A stretch of 64,000 nt of DNA from an uncultured Methylomirabilota bacterium (GTDB lineage: Bacteria; Methylomirabilota; Methylomirabilia; Methylomirabilales; 2-02-FULL-66-22). Positions 18,795 through 28,639 of this stretch are shown here, piece after piece. How positions within the stretch are numbered: position 1 is the first letter of the stretch; each line of letters begins with the position of its first letter. The notes beneath the pieces are model-generated. The model was not told the DNA's origin. It ran no database searches and worked only from the letters and a program-made list of their open reading frames with translations. Position numbers and translations under genes: made by a program. The stretch is taken from NCBI GenBank assembly GCA_963705305.1, contig OY970067.1, forward strand, positions 5,152,001 through 5,216,000. The letters are read 5' to 3'.

Positions 18795-19832
18795 GTGGAC
18801 GCGCACTGGTTGTGGCTGGTGTTCGGCGTCGTTGTGCTGGCCATGCTGACGTTCGACATCGTGGTGTTCTGCCGAAGACCGCGCGTCCTGCCCCTCCGCC
18901 AGGCATTTCTCTGGAGCATGGCCTGGGTCTCCTTGGCCCTCATCTTCGCCGGGTCCGTATACGTCGTGGAGGGGCCCAATAAGGGACTGGAGTTCGTCAC
19001 CGGCTACCTGATCGAGTGGTCCCTGAGCATGGACAATCTGTTCGTGTTCCTGGTGATCTTCACCTATTTTGCCGTTCCCCAGATGTACATGCACCGCGTA
19101 CTCTTCTGGGGGATCATGCTGGCGGTGATCCTGCGGGGGTGCTTCATCGCCGCCGGGCTGACGCTCCTCGCCTACTTCCACTGGATCATGTACGTCTTCG
19201 GGGCTTTCCTGATCTTCACAGGCCTCAAGCTCTTGCGGCAGGGGGACGAGCACGTGGAGCCGGCGAGGAATCCGGTCCTCCGTCTGTTTCGCCGGTTCTT
19301 TGCGGTGACGCCCGACTATCACCAGCAGAATTTCTTCGTCAAGCTCAACGGGCACTGGCTGGCGACCCCCCTGACCCCGGTGTTCATCGTGATCGGCACC
19401 ACGGATATCATGTTCGCGGTGGACTCCATCCCGGCCATCTTCGCCATCACGCGGGACCCGTTCATTGTGTACACCTCCAACGTGTTTGCCGTCCTCGGCC
19501 TGCGGGGGCTGTTCTTCCTGCTGTCGGGGATCATGGGGCTCTTCCGCTTCTTCAAATACGGCCTTTCGGTCGTGTTGATGTTCGTCGGCGTCAAGATGCT
19601 GGTGGCGGACTACTATCACATCACCTCCGGGGTGTCCCTGGCGGCCGTTGTTTCGATTCTGGGCGCGTCGATCCTGATCTCCATCATCTTTCCCGAGCGT
19701 CCGGAGCCGGCACCTGCGCCCCTCGCCTGCTCGGAGGCCGATGCTTCCGTCGAAGAGACGGGCGAGGGTCGCGGCTGGACCGAGGCGAAGGACCGGGGTG
19801 CGGTCGGCGCGCGATCGCACACGGCCCGATGA
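18795..19832 (+). CDS. terC: TerC/Alx family metal (Mn) homeostasis membrane protein
   Basis: GYLIEWSLSMDNLFVF, HRVLFWG, DIMFAVDSIPA, IVYTSNVFAVLGLR; RBS gaggagg before GTG. Confidence 0.92.
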   Translation: MDAHWLWLVFGVVVLAMLTFDIVVFCRRPRVLPLRQAFLWSMAWVSLALIFAGSVYVVEGPNKGLEFVTGYLIEWSLSMDNLFVFLVIFTYFAVPQMYMHRVLFWGIMLAVILRGCFIAAGLTLLAYFHWIMYVFGAFLIFTGLKLLRQGDEHVEPARNPVLRLFRRFFAVTPDYHQQNFFVKLNGHWLATPLTPVFIVIGTTDIMFAVDSIPAIFAITRDPFIVYTSNVFAVLGLRGLFFLLSGIMGLFRFFKYGLSVVLMFVGVKMLVADYYHITSGVSLAAVVSILGASILISIIFPERPEPAPAPLACSEADASVEETGEGRGWTEAKDRGAVGARSHTAR

Positions 19833-19894
19833 GGTGGGCGGAATGACGAGCTATCGACGCGGGAGAAACATCAGGCCAAAGGAAGGAGACGGTC

Positions 19895-20797
19895 ATGCGT
19901 ATCGTGCTGGGTGTTGACGGATCGGAGGGGGCGCGCTGGGCGACGGAGGTCATCCTCGCGCTGCCTCTCCCGCCGCCGGTGGATGTGACTGCCGTCTCGG
20001 TGATCGATGTCCCGGAGCCGCCCTTCACTTCCCTGACGGGGCCGGCCCGCAAGGCTTATGCCGGGGCCGTTGCAACGATGCGGCGCGAGGCGGCGGAGGC
20101 GGCGGCGGCGGCGCTGGGAAAGACCAGGGATCATTTGCACGGGCGTGTCTCCAGCCTCACGACCCAGGTCAAGACAGGCCGCCCCGCAACCGTCCTCTGC
20201 GATACGGCCAAGACGCTGGCAGCCGACCTCTTGGTGGTGGGCTCGCGCGGGTTGGGCCCGGTAAAGGGGATGCTGCTGGGCAGCGTCTCGCACGAGGCTG
20301 TTCGCTCTGCCCCCTGCTCCGTCCTGGTGGCCCGCGGCCCGGTGATCGATGTGCAGCGGGTGCTGCTGGGCGTGGACGGCTCCGTCCACAGCGAGGCGGG
20401 GGCGAAGTTCCTGGCGGGCCTGTCTTTTTCCCCGCAGGCCACCATTCATCTCTGCGCGGTGGCGGAGCAGCCCATCTTTGGCCCCGGGCACACGCCGAAG
20501 ACCCCGGAGGAACTGGCAGAAGCGCTGCGGACGATCGAGAAGGTGGCACGGGCGGGGGCTGAGCGGGTGCTGGCGGACACGCAGGCGCTGCTGGGCACCA
20601 ATGGTTGCAGCATCGTCCCTTCTCTGCGCTCCGGCCACCCGGTGGATCACCTGCTGGCGGCCATCCGGGAGTCCCGCCCTGATATCGCCGTCGTCGGCGC
20701 CAAGGGGCGCACGGCCGGAAAGGAGCATCCGTTGGGGAGTGTGACGCTCATGGTCCTCAAGTACGCCTCGTGCTCCGTGCTTGTGGTCCGATCGTAA
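19895..20797 (+). CDS. Universal stress protein (tandem USP domains)
   Basis: Two copies of VLGVDGS...VVG(S/A)(R/K)G...LGSV...CSVLV. Confidence 0.92.
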   Translation: MRIVLGVDGSEGARWATEVILALPLPPPVDVTAVSVIDVPEPPFTSLTGPARKAYAGAVATMRREAAEAAAAALGKTRDHLHGRVSSLTTQVKTGRPATVLCDTAKTLAADLLVVGSRGLGPVKGMLLGSVSHEAVRSAPCSVLVARGPVIDVQRVLLGVDGSVHSEAGAKFLAGLSFSPQATIHLCAVAEQPIFGPGHTPKTPEELAEALRTIEKVARAGAERVLADTQALLGTNGCSIVPSLRSGHPVDHLLAAIRESRPDIAVVGAKGRTAGKEHPLGSVTLMVLKYASCSVLVVRS

Positions 20798-20891
20798 GGG
20801 CGGCCATCGCCAATGCAGCGCCGTACTCCCGCGGGCTGTCGCAGAGCCTTAAGGGGCCAGGAGGACACGTGGGATCTGAAAGGAGAGCACG

Positions 20892-21179
20892 ATGATGTTC
20901 GTCACGCGCGCCGAAAAGGAAAGGCCGCCTGCCAGCTTTCAGCTCGGCTGGTTTCGATGCGAGGCCTGCAACAAGGTGAAGCCATTGTCGCAGCGACAAT
21001 GGCGCTCGCCCTTCGAGCGGGGGTTCGGCGTGTGCCGCGGGTGCTACGAGACCTGGGAGCGGCTCGGCCGCCGCTGTCCACGCTGCTGGAGGCAAGTCGG
21101 CCGCGACGAGGCACTGGCCTTCCATATCGATCGGAGCACGTTCGGCCACTTCCTGTGCGGCGGCGCCCTGCTCGCCTGA
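20892..21179 (+). CDS. Small Cys/His-rich putative zinc-finger protein
   Basis: CEAC, CRGC, CPRC, H..HFLC in 95 aa; RBS aaggaga. Confidence 0.6.
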   Translation: MMFVTRAEKERPPASFQLGWFRCEACNKVKPLSQRQWRSPFERGFGVCRGCYETWERLGRRCPRCWRQVGRDEALAFHIDRSTFGHFLCGGALLA

Positions 21180-21297
21180 CGACGAGGAGGCCTTTCTGGT
21201 CCGGCCGGCAGCACCGGGATCTCCTGGCGGCATGCCGCTGCGGAATACGCCGGGCGGCCCGGACGACCAGCCTCTGGGACGCTGAACGGCAATACAA

Positions 21298-22059
21298 TTA
21301 CGGCGCGGGGAGGATCTGGCTGCGGTCGAGCTCTTCCACCCGGGGGAGGAGCGCCTGCCGTGCGAGGGCAAGGTCTTCTTCCAGGTCGATCCGGATCCAG
21401 GGCAGGTCCCCCACCTCGACGACCCCGATGGGAACCTCCGCGGCCAGCTCGCGGAAGGCACTTTCGTATTCGTATTCCAGCGCGTCCTTGCCGGTCCTGA
21501 CAAGCTCCTCGAGAATACCCCGGAGAACCAGGGCGGCATCGGCAGAAAGGCGCAGGAAGCCGACGGCCTCGCCTCGAATCCGCGGATCGTCGCGGGCCTC
21601 CCGGCTGACCTCGACCACCCATTCATCCTCGCAGATCACCTTCGGCGCCTCGCCCGCGTCCCGGAATCCCTCGTCCACGGCAATGGCATTCGGATCGGCG
21701 GAGGCCAGCAGGCGCGCCAGCAGCTCCTGGGGACAGAACACATCGCCGTCCATGAGGAGGATATCGTCGTCCAGCTCCTCTCGGGCCGTCCACAGCGAAA
21801 GGATGTTGCCGCGGCCGGGCGGGGTATTCTCGATCAACCGCACCACCACATCGGCGGGACCGCCGGCGGTCTCGGCCGCGATCTTCTCCTTCGGGTGGCC
21901 CACGATCAGAACGGCTTCCGGTATCCCCAAGGCCCGCAAGGCCTCGATATGACGGCGCAGGAGGGACTGTGCCCCGATCTGCAGGAGGCACTTGGGGGTC
22001 CCCCCCGTCTCCGGTTTGAGCCGTCCACCGACGCCGGCGGCCAGGATGATGGCGCGCAT
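21298..22059 (-). CDS. NTP-transferase, phosphocholine cytidylyltransferase (LicC)-like
   Basis: MRAIILAAGVGGRL..PKCLL, LMDGDV, GEAVG, WIRID.EEDL. Confidence 0.85.
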   Translation of the reverse strand: MRAIILAAGVGGRLKPETGGTPKCLLQIGAQSLLRRHIEALRALGIPEAVLIVGHPKEKIAAETAGGPADVVVRLIENTPPGRGNILSLWTAREELDDDILLMDGDVFCPQELLARLLASADPNAIAVDEGFRDAGEAPKVICEDEWVVEVSREARDDPRIRGEAVGFLRLSADAALVLRGILEELVRTGKDALEYEYESAFRELAAEVPIGVVEVGDLPWIRIDLEEDLALARQALLPRVEELDRSQILPAP

Positions 22060-22269
22060 GGGAGGACTCCGCGATCCGAATGGGGGAGAAGACAAGAAAG
22101 CAGGACCGATGCTAAGCGAGCACAAACCGGGGTGTCAAGCCCATTTCGGACTGTTTCGGCCGGAACCGATCTTTCCTGCCCCCGGCCGATGTGGTACAGT
22201 ACCGCCACCATCGGCGGCGGCGCCGGCGAGGGCCCGCCCAGCCCTGGCGGTGCACAGCGGGAGATCAGC

Positions 22270-23715
22270 ATGGCCTATTCCGACCTGCGGGAATTCATTG
22301 CCGCCCTGGAGCGGGCCGGCGAGCTTCGCCGCATCACGGCGGAGGTCAACCCGGTCCTCGAGATCACCGAGATCACCGATCGCGTGAGCAAGCAGGGCGG
22401 CCCCGCTCTGCTGTTCGAGCGCGTCCAAGGATCCCGCATGCCCCTGCTGATCAATGCTTTCGGCAGCCCGGCGCGGATGCGGCTGGCTCTGGATGTCCCA
22501 TCCCTGGACACTCTGGCGGCCGAACTCCAGGAAGTCCTGGATCTCAAGGCTCCGCAGGGACTCCTGGACAAGCTGCGCATGCTCCCCAGGCTGCACGAGC
22601 TGACCAGCGCCTTCCCCAAGGTGGTCAAGGACGGCCCCTGCAAGGAGGTCGTCGTGCGGGACGCGCCGTCGCTGGCAGGGCTCCCCATCCTGCAGTGCTG
22701 GCCGCAGGACGCCGGCCGCTACATCACCTTCCCGCTGGTCTTCACCAAGGATCCGGAGACGGGCGTTCGCAACTGCGGCGCGTACCGGATGCAGCTCTTC
22801 GACGAGCGAACCACCGGCATGCACTGGCATGTGCAGAAGGGGGCCGCGGTCCACTACCGCAAGGCCAAACGCCGGGGCCAGCGGATCGAGGTGGGGGTTG
22901 CCATTGGTGCGGATCCTGCCGTCTGCTTCGCCGCAACCCTCCCCCTGCCCGAGGGGGTTGACGAGATGCTGGTGGCCGGGTTCATCCGGAAGAAATCCGT
23001 CGAAATGATCAGATGCGAAACCGTGGACGTCGAGGTGCCGGCCCAGGCCGAGATCGTCCTGGAAGGCTACGTGGATACGGAGGAGCTGCGCACCGAAGGC
23101 CCCTTCGGCGATCATACCGGGTATTATTCGCTGGCCGACGAGTATCCGGTTTTCCATCTGACCTGCCTCACCCACCGTCGCGATCCCATCTACCACACCA
23201 CCGTGGTGGGGCGGCCGCCCATGGAGGATTGCCACATGGCCGCCGCCATCGAGCTCCTCTTCCTTCCCGTCCTGCGCAAGCAGCTGCCCGAGATTGTGGA
23301 CCTCCACCTGCCCTTCGAGGGGGTCTTCCATAACCTGGTGCTCGTCAGCATCGACAAGCAGTATCCCGGCCATGCCCGCAAGGTCATGCACGCTCTGTGG
23401 GGCCTGGGTCAGGCCATGGTCAGTAAGGTGATCGTCGTGGTGGATCGAGACGTGGATGTGCGCGACTACTCCGAGGTGACCTGGAAGGCCCTGAACCACA
23501 TCGACCCGCAGCGGGACATCGAGTTCGTCCTGGGGCCCGTCGAGACCCTGGATCACGCCAGCCGGCTGCCGAAGTTCGGCTCCAAGATGGGGGTGGATGC
23601 CACCCGCAAGTGGCCGGAGGAAGGTTTCACCCGTCCCTGGCCGGACGAGATCGTGATGGACGAGGCGACGCGGCGGCTGGTGGACGGCCGCTGGAAGGAC
23701 TACGGATTGGGGTGA
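22270..23715 (+). CDS. ubiD: UbiD-family (menaquinone-biosynthesis-type) decarboxylase
   Basis: YSDLREFI..LE, EITEI.DRV, GPALLFE, N.G.YR.Q, EGPFGDHTGYY, VGRPPMED, SKMGVDATRK. Confidence 0.93.
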   Translation: MAYSDLREFIAALERAGELRRITAEVNPVLEITEITDRVSKQGGPALLFERVQGSRMPLLINAFGSPARMRLALDVPSLDTLAAELQEVLDLKAPQGLLDKLRMLPRLHELTSAFPKVVKDGPCKEVVVRDAPSLAGLPILQCWPQDAGRYITFPLVFTKDPETGVRNCGAYRMQLFDERTTGMHWHVQKGAAVHYRKAKRRGQRIEVGVAIGADPAVCFAATLPLPEGVDEMLVAGFIRKKSVEMIRCETVDVEVPAQAEIVLEGYVDTEELRTEGPFGDHTGYYSLADEYPVFHLTCLTHRRDPIYHTTVVGRPPMEDCHMAAAIELLFLPVLRKQLPEIVDLHLPFEGVFHNLVLVSIDKQYPGHARKVMHALWGLGQAMVSKVIVVVDRDVDVRDYSEVTWKALNHIDPQRDIEFVLGPVETLDHASRLPKFGSKMGVDATRKWPEEGFTRPWPDEIVMDEATRRLVDGRWKDYGLG

Positions 23716-23771
23716 CCCGATAGTTTCTTGCGGCGCCGCCCCCCGGGGAGTGCCCGCCTGCCCGCTCCCCG

Positions 23772-24737
23772 TCACCCCTTCGGCGACTTGAGCACTTCCG
23801 GATTCACCGGGTACTTGGGCCGCTCCCCGCGCAGCACGCGCAGCACATCCTCCGCCGCGCTCTGGGCCATCCGCATCATGGCCTCTTCCGTGACGCCGGC
23901 CATGTGGGGGGTGAGGATGATGTTCGGCAACCCGGCCAGCGGGTGGCCCGCCTTGAGCGGCTCATCCACCACCACGTCGAGGCCGGCCCCGCCCAGCTTC
24001 CCCGCCCGGACAGCCTCACCGACCGCCGCCTCGTCGACGATCCCTCCCCGTGCGGTATTGACCAGGATCGCGGTCGGCTTCATGCGCCCCAGGGCTGCGG
24101 TGCCGATCAGGTTCCGCGTCTCCTTTGTCAGCGGCACGTGGATCGAGAGGAAGTCGGCCTGAGCCAGGAGGGGGTCGAGATCCGTCACTCGCTCAATCTC
24201 TTCCGGCCATGGCTCCTTGTAGGGGTCATATCCGATCACGCGCATTTCCAGAGCGCTGCTCGTCATGCGCGCCAGGCGCAGCCCCGCGGCCCCCAAGCCG
24301 ACGATGCCCATGACCTTGCCGGACAGCTCCAGCCCCTGGTAGCTCTTCTGGGGGCGCAGCGCCTTCAGGGTCAGGTCCCGCTGGCACTCGCCGATGCGCC
24401 GGGCCACCGCCAGCATCATGGTCAGGGCGTGCTCGGCGACCGAGATCGAGTTGGCGGTGGGGGTGTTCGTCACAACCACGCCGCAGGCCGTCGCCGCGGC
24501 GACCTCGACATTATCGTACCCCACCCCGTGCTTGGCGATGATCTTGAGCTGGGGTGCCCCCCGGATGATCGCGCCCGGCATCGGCGCCACGCGGACGATG
24601 ACTCCCTGCACCGACTCCAGTGCCTTCTCCAGCGGCTCCTTGTCCTTCCCGCCCCACGCCACGGCCTCGGTCTCGTTTGCCAACAAGCCCCACCCCGCCT
24701 GATGAATAGGCTCGGTCACCAGCACCTTCGGTTTCAT
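23772..24737 (-). CDS. D-isomer-specific 2-hydroxyacid dehydrogenase (SerA-like)
   Basis: KHGVGYDN, GIVGLG..G, HVPLT, NTARGGIVDE, TPHMAG. Confidence 0.92.
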   Translation of the reverse strand: MKPKVLVTEPIHQAGWGLLANETEAVAWGGKDKEPLEKALESVQGVIVRVAPMPGAIIRGAPQLKIIAKHGVGYDNVEVAAATACGVVVTNTPTANSISVAEHALTMMLAVARRIGECQRDLTLKALRPQKSYQGLELSGKVMGIVGLGAAGLRLARMTSSALEMRVIGYDPYKEPWPEEIERVTDLDPLLAQADFLSIHVPLTKETRNLIGTAALGRMKPTAILVNTARGGIVDEAAVGEAVRAGKLGGAGLDVVVDEPLKAGHPLAGLPNIILTPHMAGVTEEAMMRMAQSAAEDVLRVLRGERPKYPVNPEVLKSPKG

Positions 24738-25057
24738 TGCTTGCCTCATCCTCCGTCCACGCCCGACCGGTTCACAGCTCGACGGCACCCGGGGCCCCCG
24801 GCGTGCGGCCGCAATCCCGGATGTCGAAAGGAATCTCCCCGCGAGAGTCCCCGCTCGCAAAGATGCCGCTTCCGGGCGCGGCCGCCCGGGCCTTAGCCGA
24901 TCCTACCGCCGCGTCCCCAGCGGGACCCGCACCCATCCGCGCCCCCCTTGAATACACGGGCTCCGCCGTCCAGGCAAGCCCAATAGAGCGAGGAATCGGA
25001 AAGGACAGGAAGGGCGCACCTTCCCGCCGCCGGTCTCGGCTGACTGGCCGCTGCCGT

Positions 25058-25456
25058 CTAGGGTCGCGGAGCCTTCCCGGGCGGCGCCTCCGCCCCCCAC
25101 TGGTGAGCCGCCATGTCCACGCGGCCATCCGGTAGGAAACGGACACCCTCGCGGGCAAGTAGCCGGCGCTGGCGGTCCGGATCCCCGACGCAGTAGTTGG
25201 GGCTCAGGGAGCCGCCCTGCTGCACCACCCGGTGGCAGGGCACCCGTCCCCCGTGGGGATTCCCATGCATCGCCCAGCCCACCACGCGGGCCGATCGCGG
25301 CGCGCCGAGCATCTTGGCGACCTGCCCGTACGTCACGACCCGCCCTCGCGGGACGCGGGCCACCAGGGCGTAGACCCGATCGAAAAACCCTGGCGAAGCA
25401 GGCCGCCGGCCTCCCCATCTCGACCCGCCCACGGCGCTCCGGCGCGGGCCCGCCAT
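25058..25456 (-). CDS. MGMT/ATL-family methylated-DNA binding protein (C-terminal domain only)
   Basis: VP.GRVVTYGQVA, ARVVGWAM, VPCHRVV, QRRLL.REGV.F. Confidence 0.88.
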   Translation of the reverse strand: MAGPRRSAVGGSRWGGRRPASPGFFDRVYALVARVPRGRVVTYGQVAKMLGAPRSARVVGWAMHGNPHGGRVPCHRVVQQGGSLSPNYCVGDPDRQRRLLAREGVRFLPDGRVDMAAHQWGAEAPPGKAPRP

Positions 25457-25491
25457 GCTGTGCCCCTCCCGGGAAGCGACCACCGGACCCT

Positions 25492-26463
25492 CTACCTGGC
25501 CAGCACGTCCGCCAGCTCGAGCAGTGGGAGATCGAGGGGCTTCTGCTTTCCGACCACCTCGGCCAGCGGCGTGGTCGCCACCTCCCCTTTGATCACACCG
25601 ACCAGGACGCCGTGCTCTCCGCGGGCCAGCGCGTCGGTCGCGCCGCACCCCAGCCGGGTTGCCAGGATCCGATCGAACGCGCCCGGATTTCCGCCGCGCT
25701 GGACGTGCCCGAGGATCGTGACCCGCAGATCGAACCCCAGCTCTTCCCGGCGATCCTTGAAGTAGGCGGCCATAGCCTCTGCGTTGTATTTCGCCCCCTC
25801 GGCCACCACCACCAGGGCGTGGGGCTTGCCGCGCTCGTACCCGGCGCGGAGCGCCGCAGCCACGCGATCCGGGTCGGTGTCGATCTCCGGAAGCACGACG
25901 GCCTCCGCTCCGCCGGCGATGGCCGCCATCATGGCCAGGTATCCGCAATGCCGCCCCATGACCTCGACCAGGAAGGCCCGCTGGTGGGAGGAGGCGGTCG
26001 TCTTCAGTCGATCGATGGCCTCCAGCGCAATGTTCAGGGCGGTGTCCACGCCGAGGGTGACGTCGGATCCGGCAAGGTCGTTGTCGATGGTCGAGGCCAC
26101 CCCCACCACGGGAAAGTCCATCCGCGACAGGGCGTACGCCCCAGTCTGGGAGCCATTTCCGCCGATCACGACCAGCGCATCCACACCCCGCTCTCTCAGG
26201 TGGGCCAGGGCCTTCTCGCGCCCCGCCGACGTCTCGAACTCCAGGCTGCGTGCGCTACCGAGGATCGTGCCCCCCTGCTGCAGAATCCCTCCCACACCGC
26301 GGGCCCCCAGGACCTCCATATTCCCGGCAATCAGCCCTGCATAGCCATGTCGGACGCCCAGCACCTCCCATCCGCGGCCGATACCCGTACGCACCACGGC
26401 ACGGATGGCCCCGTTCATTCCGGGGGCATCTCCGCCGCTCGTCAGGACGGCAATCCGCTTCAT
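25492..26463 (-). CDS. pfkA: 6-phosphofructokinase
   Basis: LTSGGDAPGMN, GGTILGSAR, GGNGS, TIDND, EVMGRHCG, LGHVQRGG. Confidence 0.95.
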   Translation of the reverse strand: MKRIAVLTSGGDAPGMNGAIRAVVRTGIGRGWEVLGVRHGYAGLIAGNMEVLGARGVGGILQQGGTILGSARSLEFETSAGREKALAHLRERGVDALVVIGGNGSQTGAYALSRMDFPVVGVASTIDNDLAGSDVTLGVDTALNIALEAIDRLKTTASSHQRAFLVEVMGRHCGYLAMMAAIAGGAEAVVLPEIDTDPDRVAAALRAGYERGKPHALVVVAEGAKYNAEAMAAYFKDRREELGFDLRVTILGHVQRGGNPGAFDRILATRLGCGATDALARGEHGVLVGVIKGEVATTPLAEVVGKQKPLDLPLLELADVLAR

Positions 26464-26897
26464 GTCACCCTCCGTGATCGGCCAGAAGATGGAGCGAGAT
26501 GAGCTCGCGCCTGTCTGCGGCTGGTCCGCCGGCCGAAGGCCAAGAGCAGGCCCGGCCGATGGATCCCGGCATCTCGCGGGGAATGTCCTGCGGATCAGGG
26601 GAAGCGGCTAAGGACCGGCGAACATGCCGCGCGCCCGACTTCCAAAGGTTCTGTGTGGAAGATCTTACCAAGGGCCTTGCGGGGGCGCAACCCCCCTCGG
26701 CCAACCCGATATCGCGTCGCGGCCGGCGAGATAACCGACGCGCACGTCTTGGCTGTCCGGCTGGCATCCGTGGCCCCCCCGGGGGGGAGAGACGGAAGGG
26801 CGGGAAAAAGTGCGGGCACCGCCCTTGGAAATCAACTGCGCGGTGCCCGCCGTCATCAACACCGGCCAGGGGATGAAACGCCGCGATCATCCAGCAT

Positions 26898-27356
26898 TCA
26901 TAGCGCCACCGGCTTGGAGGATGCCTCCGCAGCGATGTCTTCGTGGAGCCAGTGGCCGGTCGCCCGGCCGACGGCCGTGGAAACGAGGGTGGCATGAATG
27001 ACGTCGGTGAGGTTCGCAGAGCCGAAGGGCTTGTGAAAGGCCCGCGTGGCCCCCGCCTGTATGCCCTTCACCGCCAGGTCAGGGTCATCAACCGGCATCA
27101 TCATGATGATGGGAACCTGGCGGAGATTCTCCTCGGTCCGCAGGCGGCGGCACACCTCCAGACCGTCCATTCGGGACAGCGCGATGTCCAGAAGGATCAG
27201 GTCGGGAATCTCGGCTTTGGCCATCTCGATCCCGGACGGGCCGTCGCTGGCCATGAGGACCTGGAAGTCGTGATCCAGAAGGACCTCGGCAATCGTCGCC
27301 AGGAGCAGCGCATCGCTGTTCACACAGAGAATCTTGGGTCGATCGAGGATGGACAC
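26898..27356 (-). CDS. Single-domain response regulator (atypical receiver)
   Basis: PDLILLD, MDGLEVCRRL, GA...KPF; GTG start with ggagg RBS. Confidence 0.8.
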   Translation of the reverse strand: MSILDRPKILCVNSDALLLATIAEVLLDHDFQVLMASDGPSGIEMAKAEIPDLILLDIALSRMDGLEVCRRLRTEENLRQVPIIMMMPVDDPDLAVKGIQAGATRAFHKPFGSANLTDVIHATLVSTAVGRATGHWLHEDIAAEASSKPVAL

Positions 27357-27969
27357 GCCTCGCCTCCACTGGCTTTCTTTGGCCAGATAGCCGCACGTCT
27401 TGCCCAGATCCGCTCGGGGCGCCTGCGAGCCCTGCTCGCTCGCCGTGCCGTGCGATCCTCCGAAAGGATCAAGGTATGCGCTGGACATGGCCGACCTCCT
27501 GCGACGAATCTCGCCAACGTATCTCAGCGGCAGCGGACCCTCTTGCGAGTTTTCAAGATTCCCCTGGCCCCCGGGTTGGTCGATTTCGGCTGTGCAAGAA
27601 CAGCGTTTGCAGGCCGCTCGCCGCCTCTTCCAGAAGCACAGCAAACCGCGTGCCGAAAGAGATTGTTGTGCCTTCTCAGGCTCCTCACGGCGCTGATCGT
27701 GGATAGGGGAAGACGCGAAGCTGAGCCTTTCAGGCTCGGAGACGACCACGCCAGAAATATATACAATGTTAGTATTTTCAAATAGATACAGCGATGCTAT
27801 CCCGGGGAAGTGGCTCAGCAGAGGACCCGTTCAATCCTGTCCGGCATGGCGCGTCATTCTGAGCCTCTGGAGAGGCTTGGCCATTCCATGATGGCCGGTG
27901 TCTCTTACCCGTTGGCAATCAAATACTAACACTCGGTGACAAAAAATGACACCAGACACCAAAGCCCGG

Positions 27970-28224
27970 CTATCCACTTCCGCACCACCAGCAACGTAGA
28001 AGTCCACCGAGATACTGCCCGGAAAAGAACGCGCCCGCCAAGACCGGGAAGACCGAGAGCTTCCACCCTAGTCCCGCCGCAATACGCAATCCGACGATCA
28101 GCGGCACGGGGGCGTGAACCGCTACGAACCACGGCAGGCTAAGCTTCCGCAGGCCCGCTCTCCAGAAGCCGAAGGGCAGGTTCAAGATCAGAACGGCAAC
28201 CGCGACAACTTCAAGGGTCCGCAT
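27970..28224 (-). CDS. Small hypothetical membrane protein
   Basis: Hydrophobic 84 aa; NLPFGFWR...W..AVH.PVP pattern of a conserved small membrane family. Confidence 0.7.
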   Translation of the reverse strand: MRTLEVVAVAVLILNLPFGFWRAGLRKLSLPWFVAVHAPVPLIVGLRIAAGLGWKLSVFPVLAGAFFSGQYLGGLLRCWWCGSG

Positions 28225-28639
28225 TTACCGGACCCGCGGCCATTCGGTGTATCCGGCGCCCATGCGCGTTCGACTCCCCCTCCGTATCCGCCTCGTCTCC
28301 CGATGCTTCGAAATGTTGCCTGGTCCGCATGGGACATGGCTCCGGCCGCCATTTCTTCCAACATCGAAAAGTATAGACTATTAGCGACCAGAGCGATACG
28401 GTTCGGTCACGGCGCTCCCGCGAGTGCGCACGCGGGAGGAAGACGCAAGCGGGATCCATTCGGCAGGCGGGATCCAAATGCACTGTCGCGTGGGCCTGGC
28501 ACCGGCGGGACGTTCTTCTCGTGTCGGGGATGAGGGACTCGGGATGGGGGCAGAGACCAGGATGCCACACGGTCGATCCGGTCGGCCTCTGCCCCCCTTC
28601 CGCCGAGACTCCCTTCAATCTCGGTCGCAAATGCATGGG

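Noticed and set aside
27638..27740. GCAAAC..GAAA..GACGCGAAGC as a c-di-GMP-I riboswitch
   Set aside because: The elements are too far apart, the required stems do not pair, and no same-strand gene follows.
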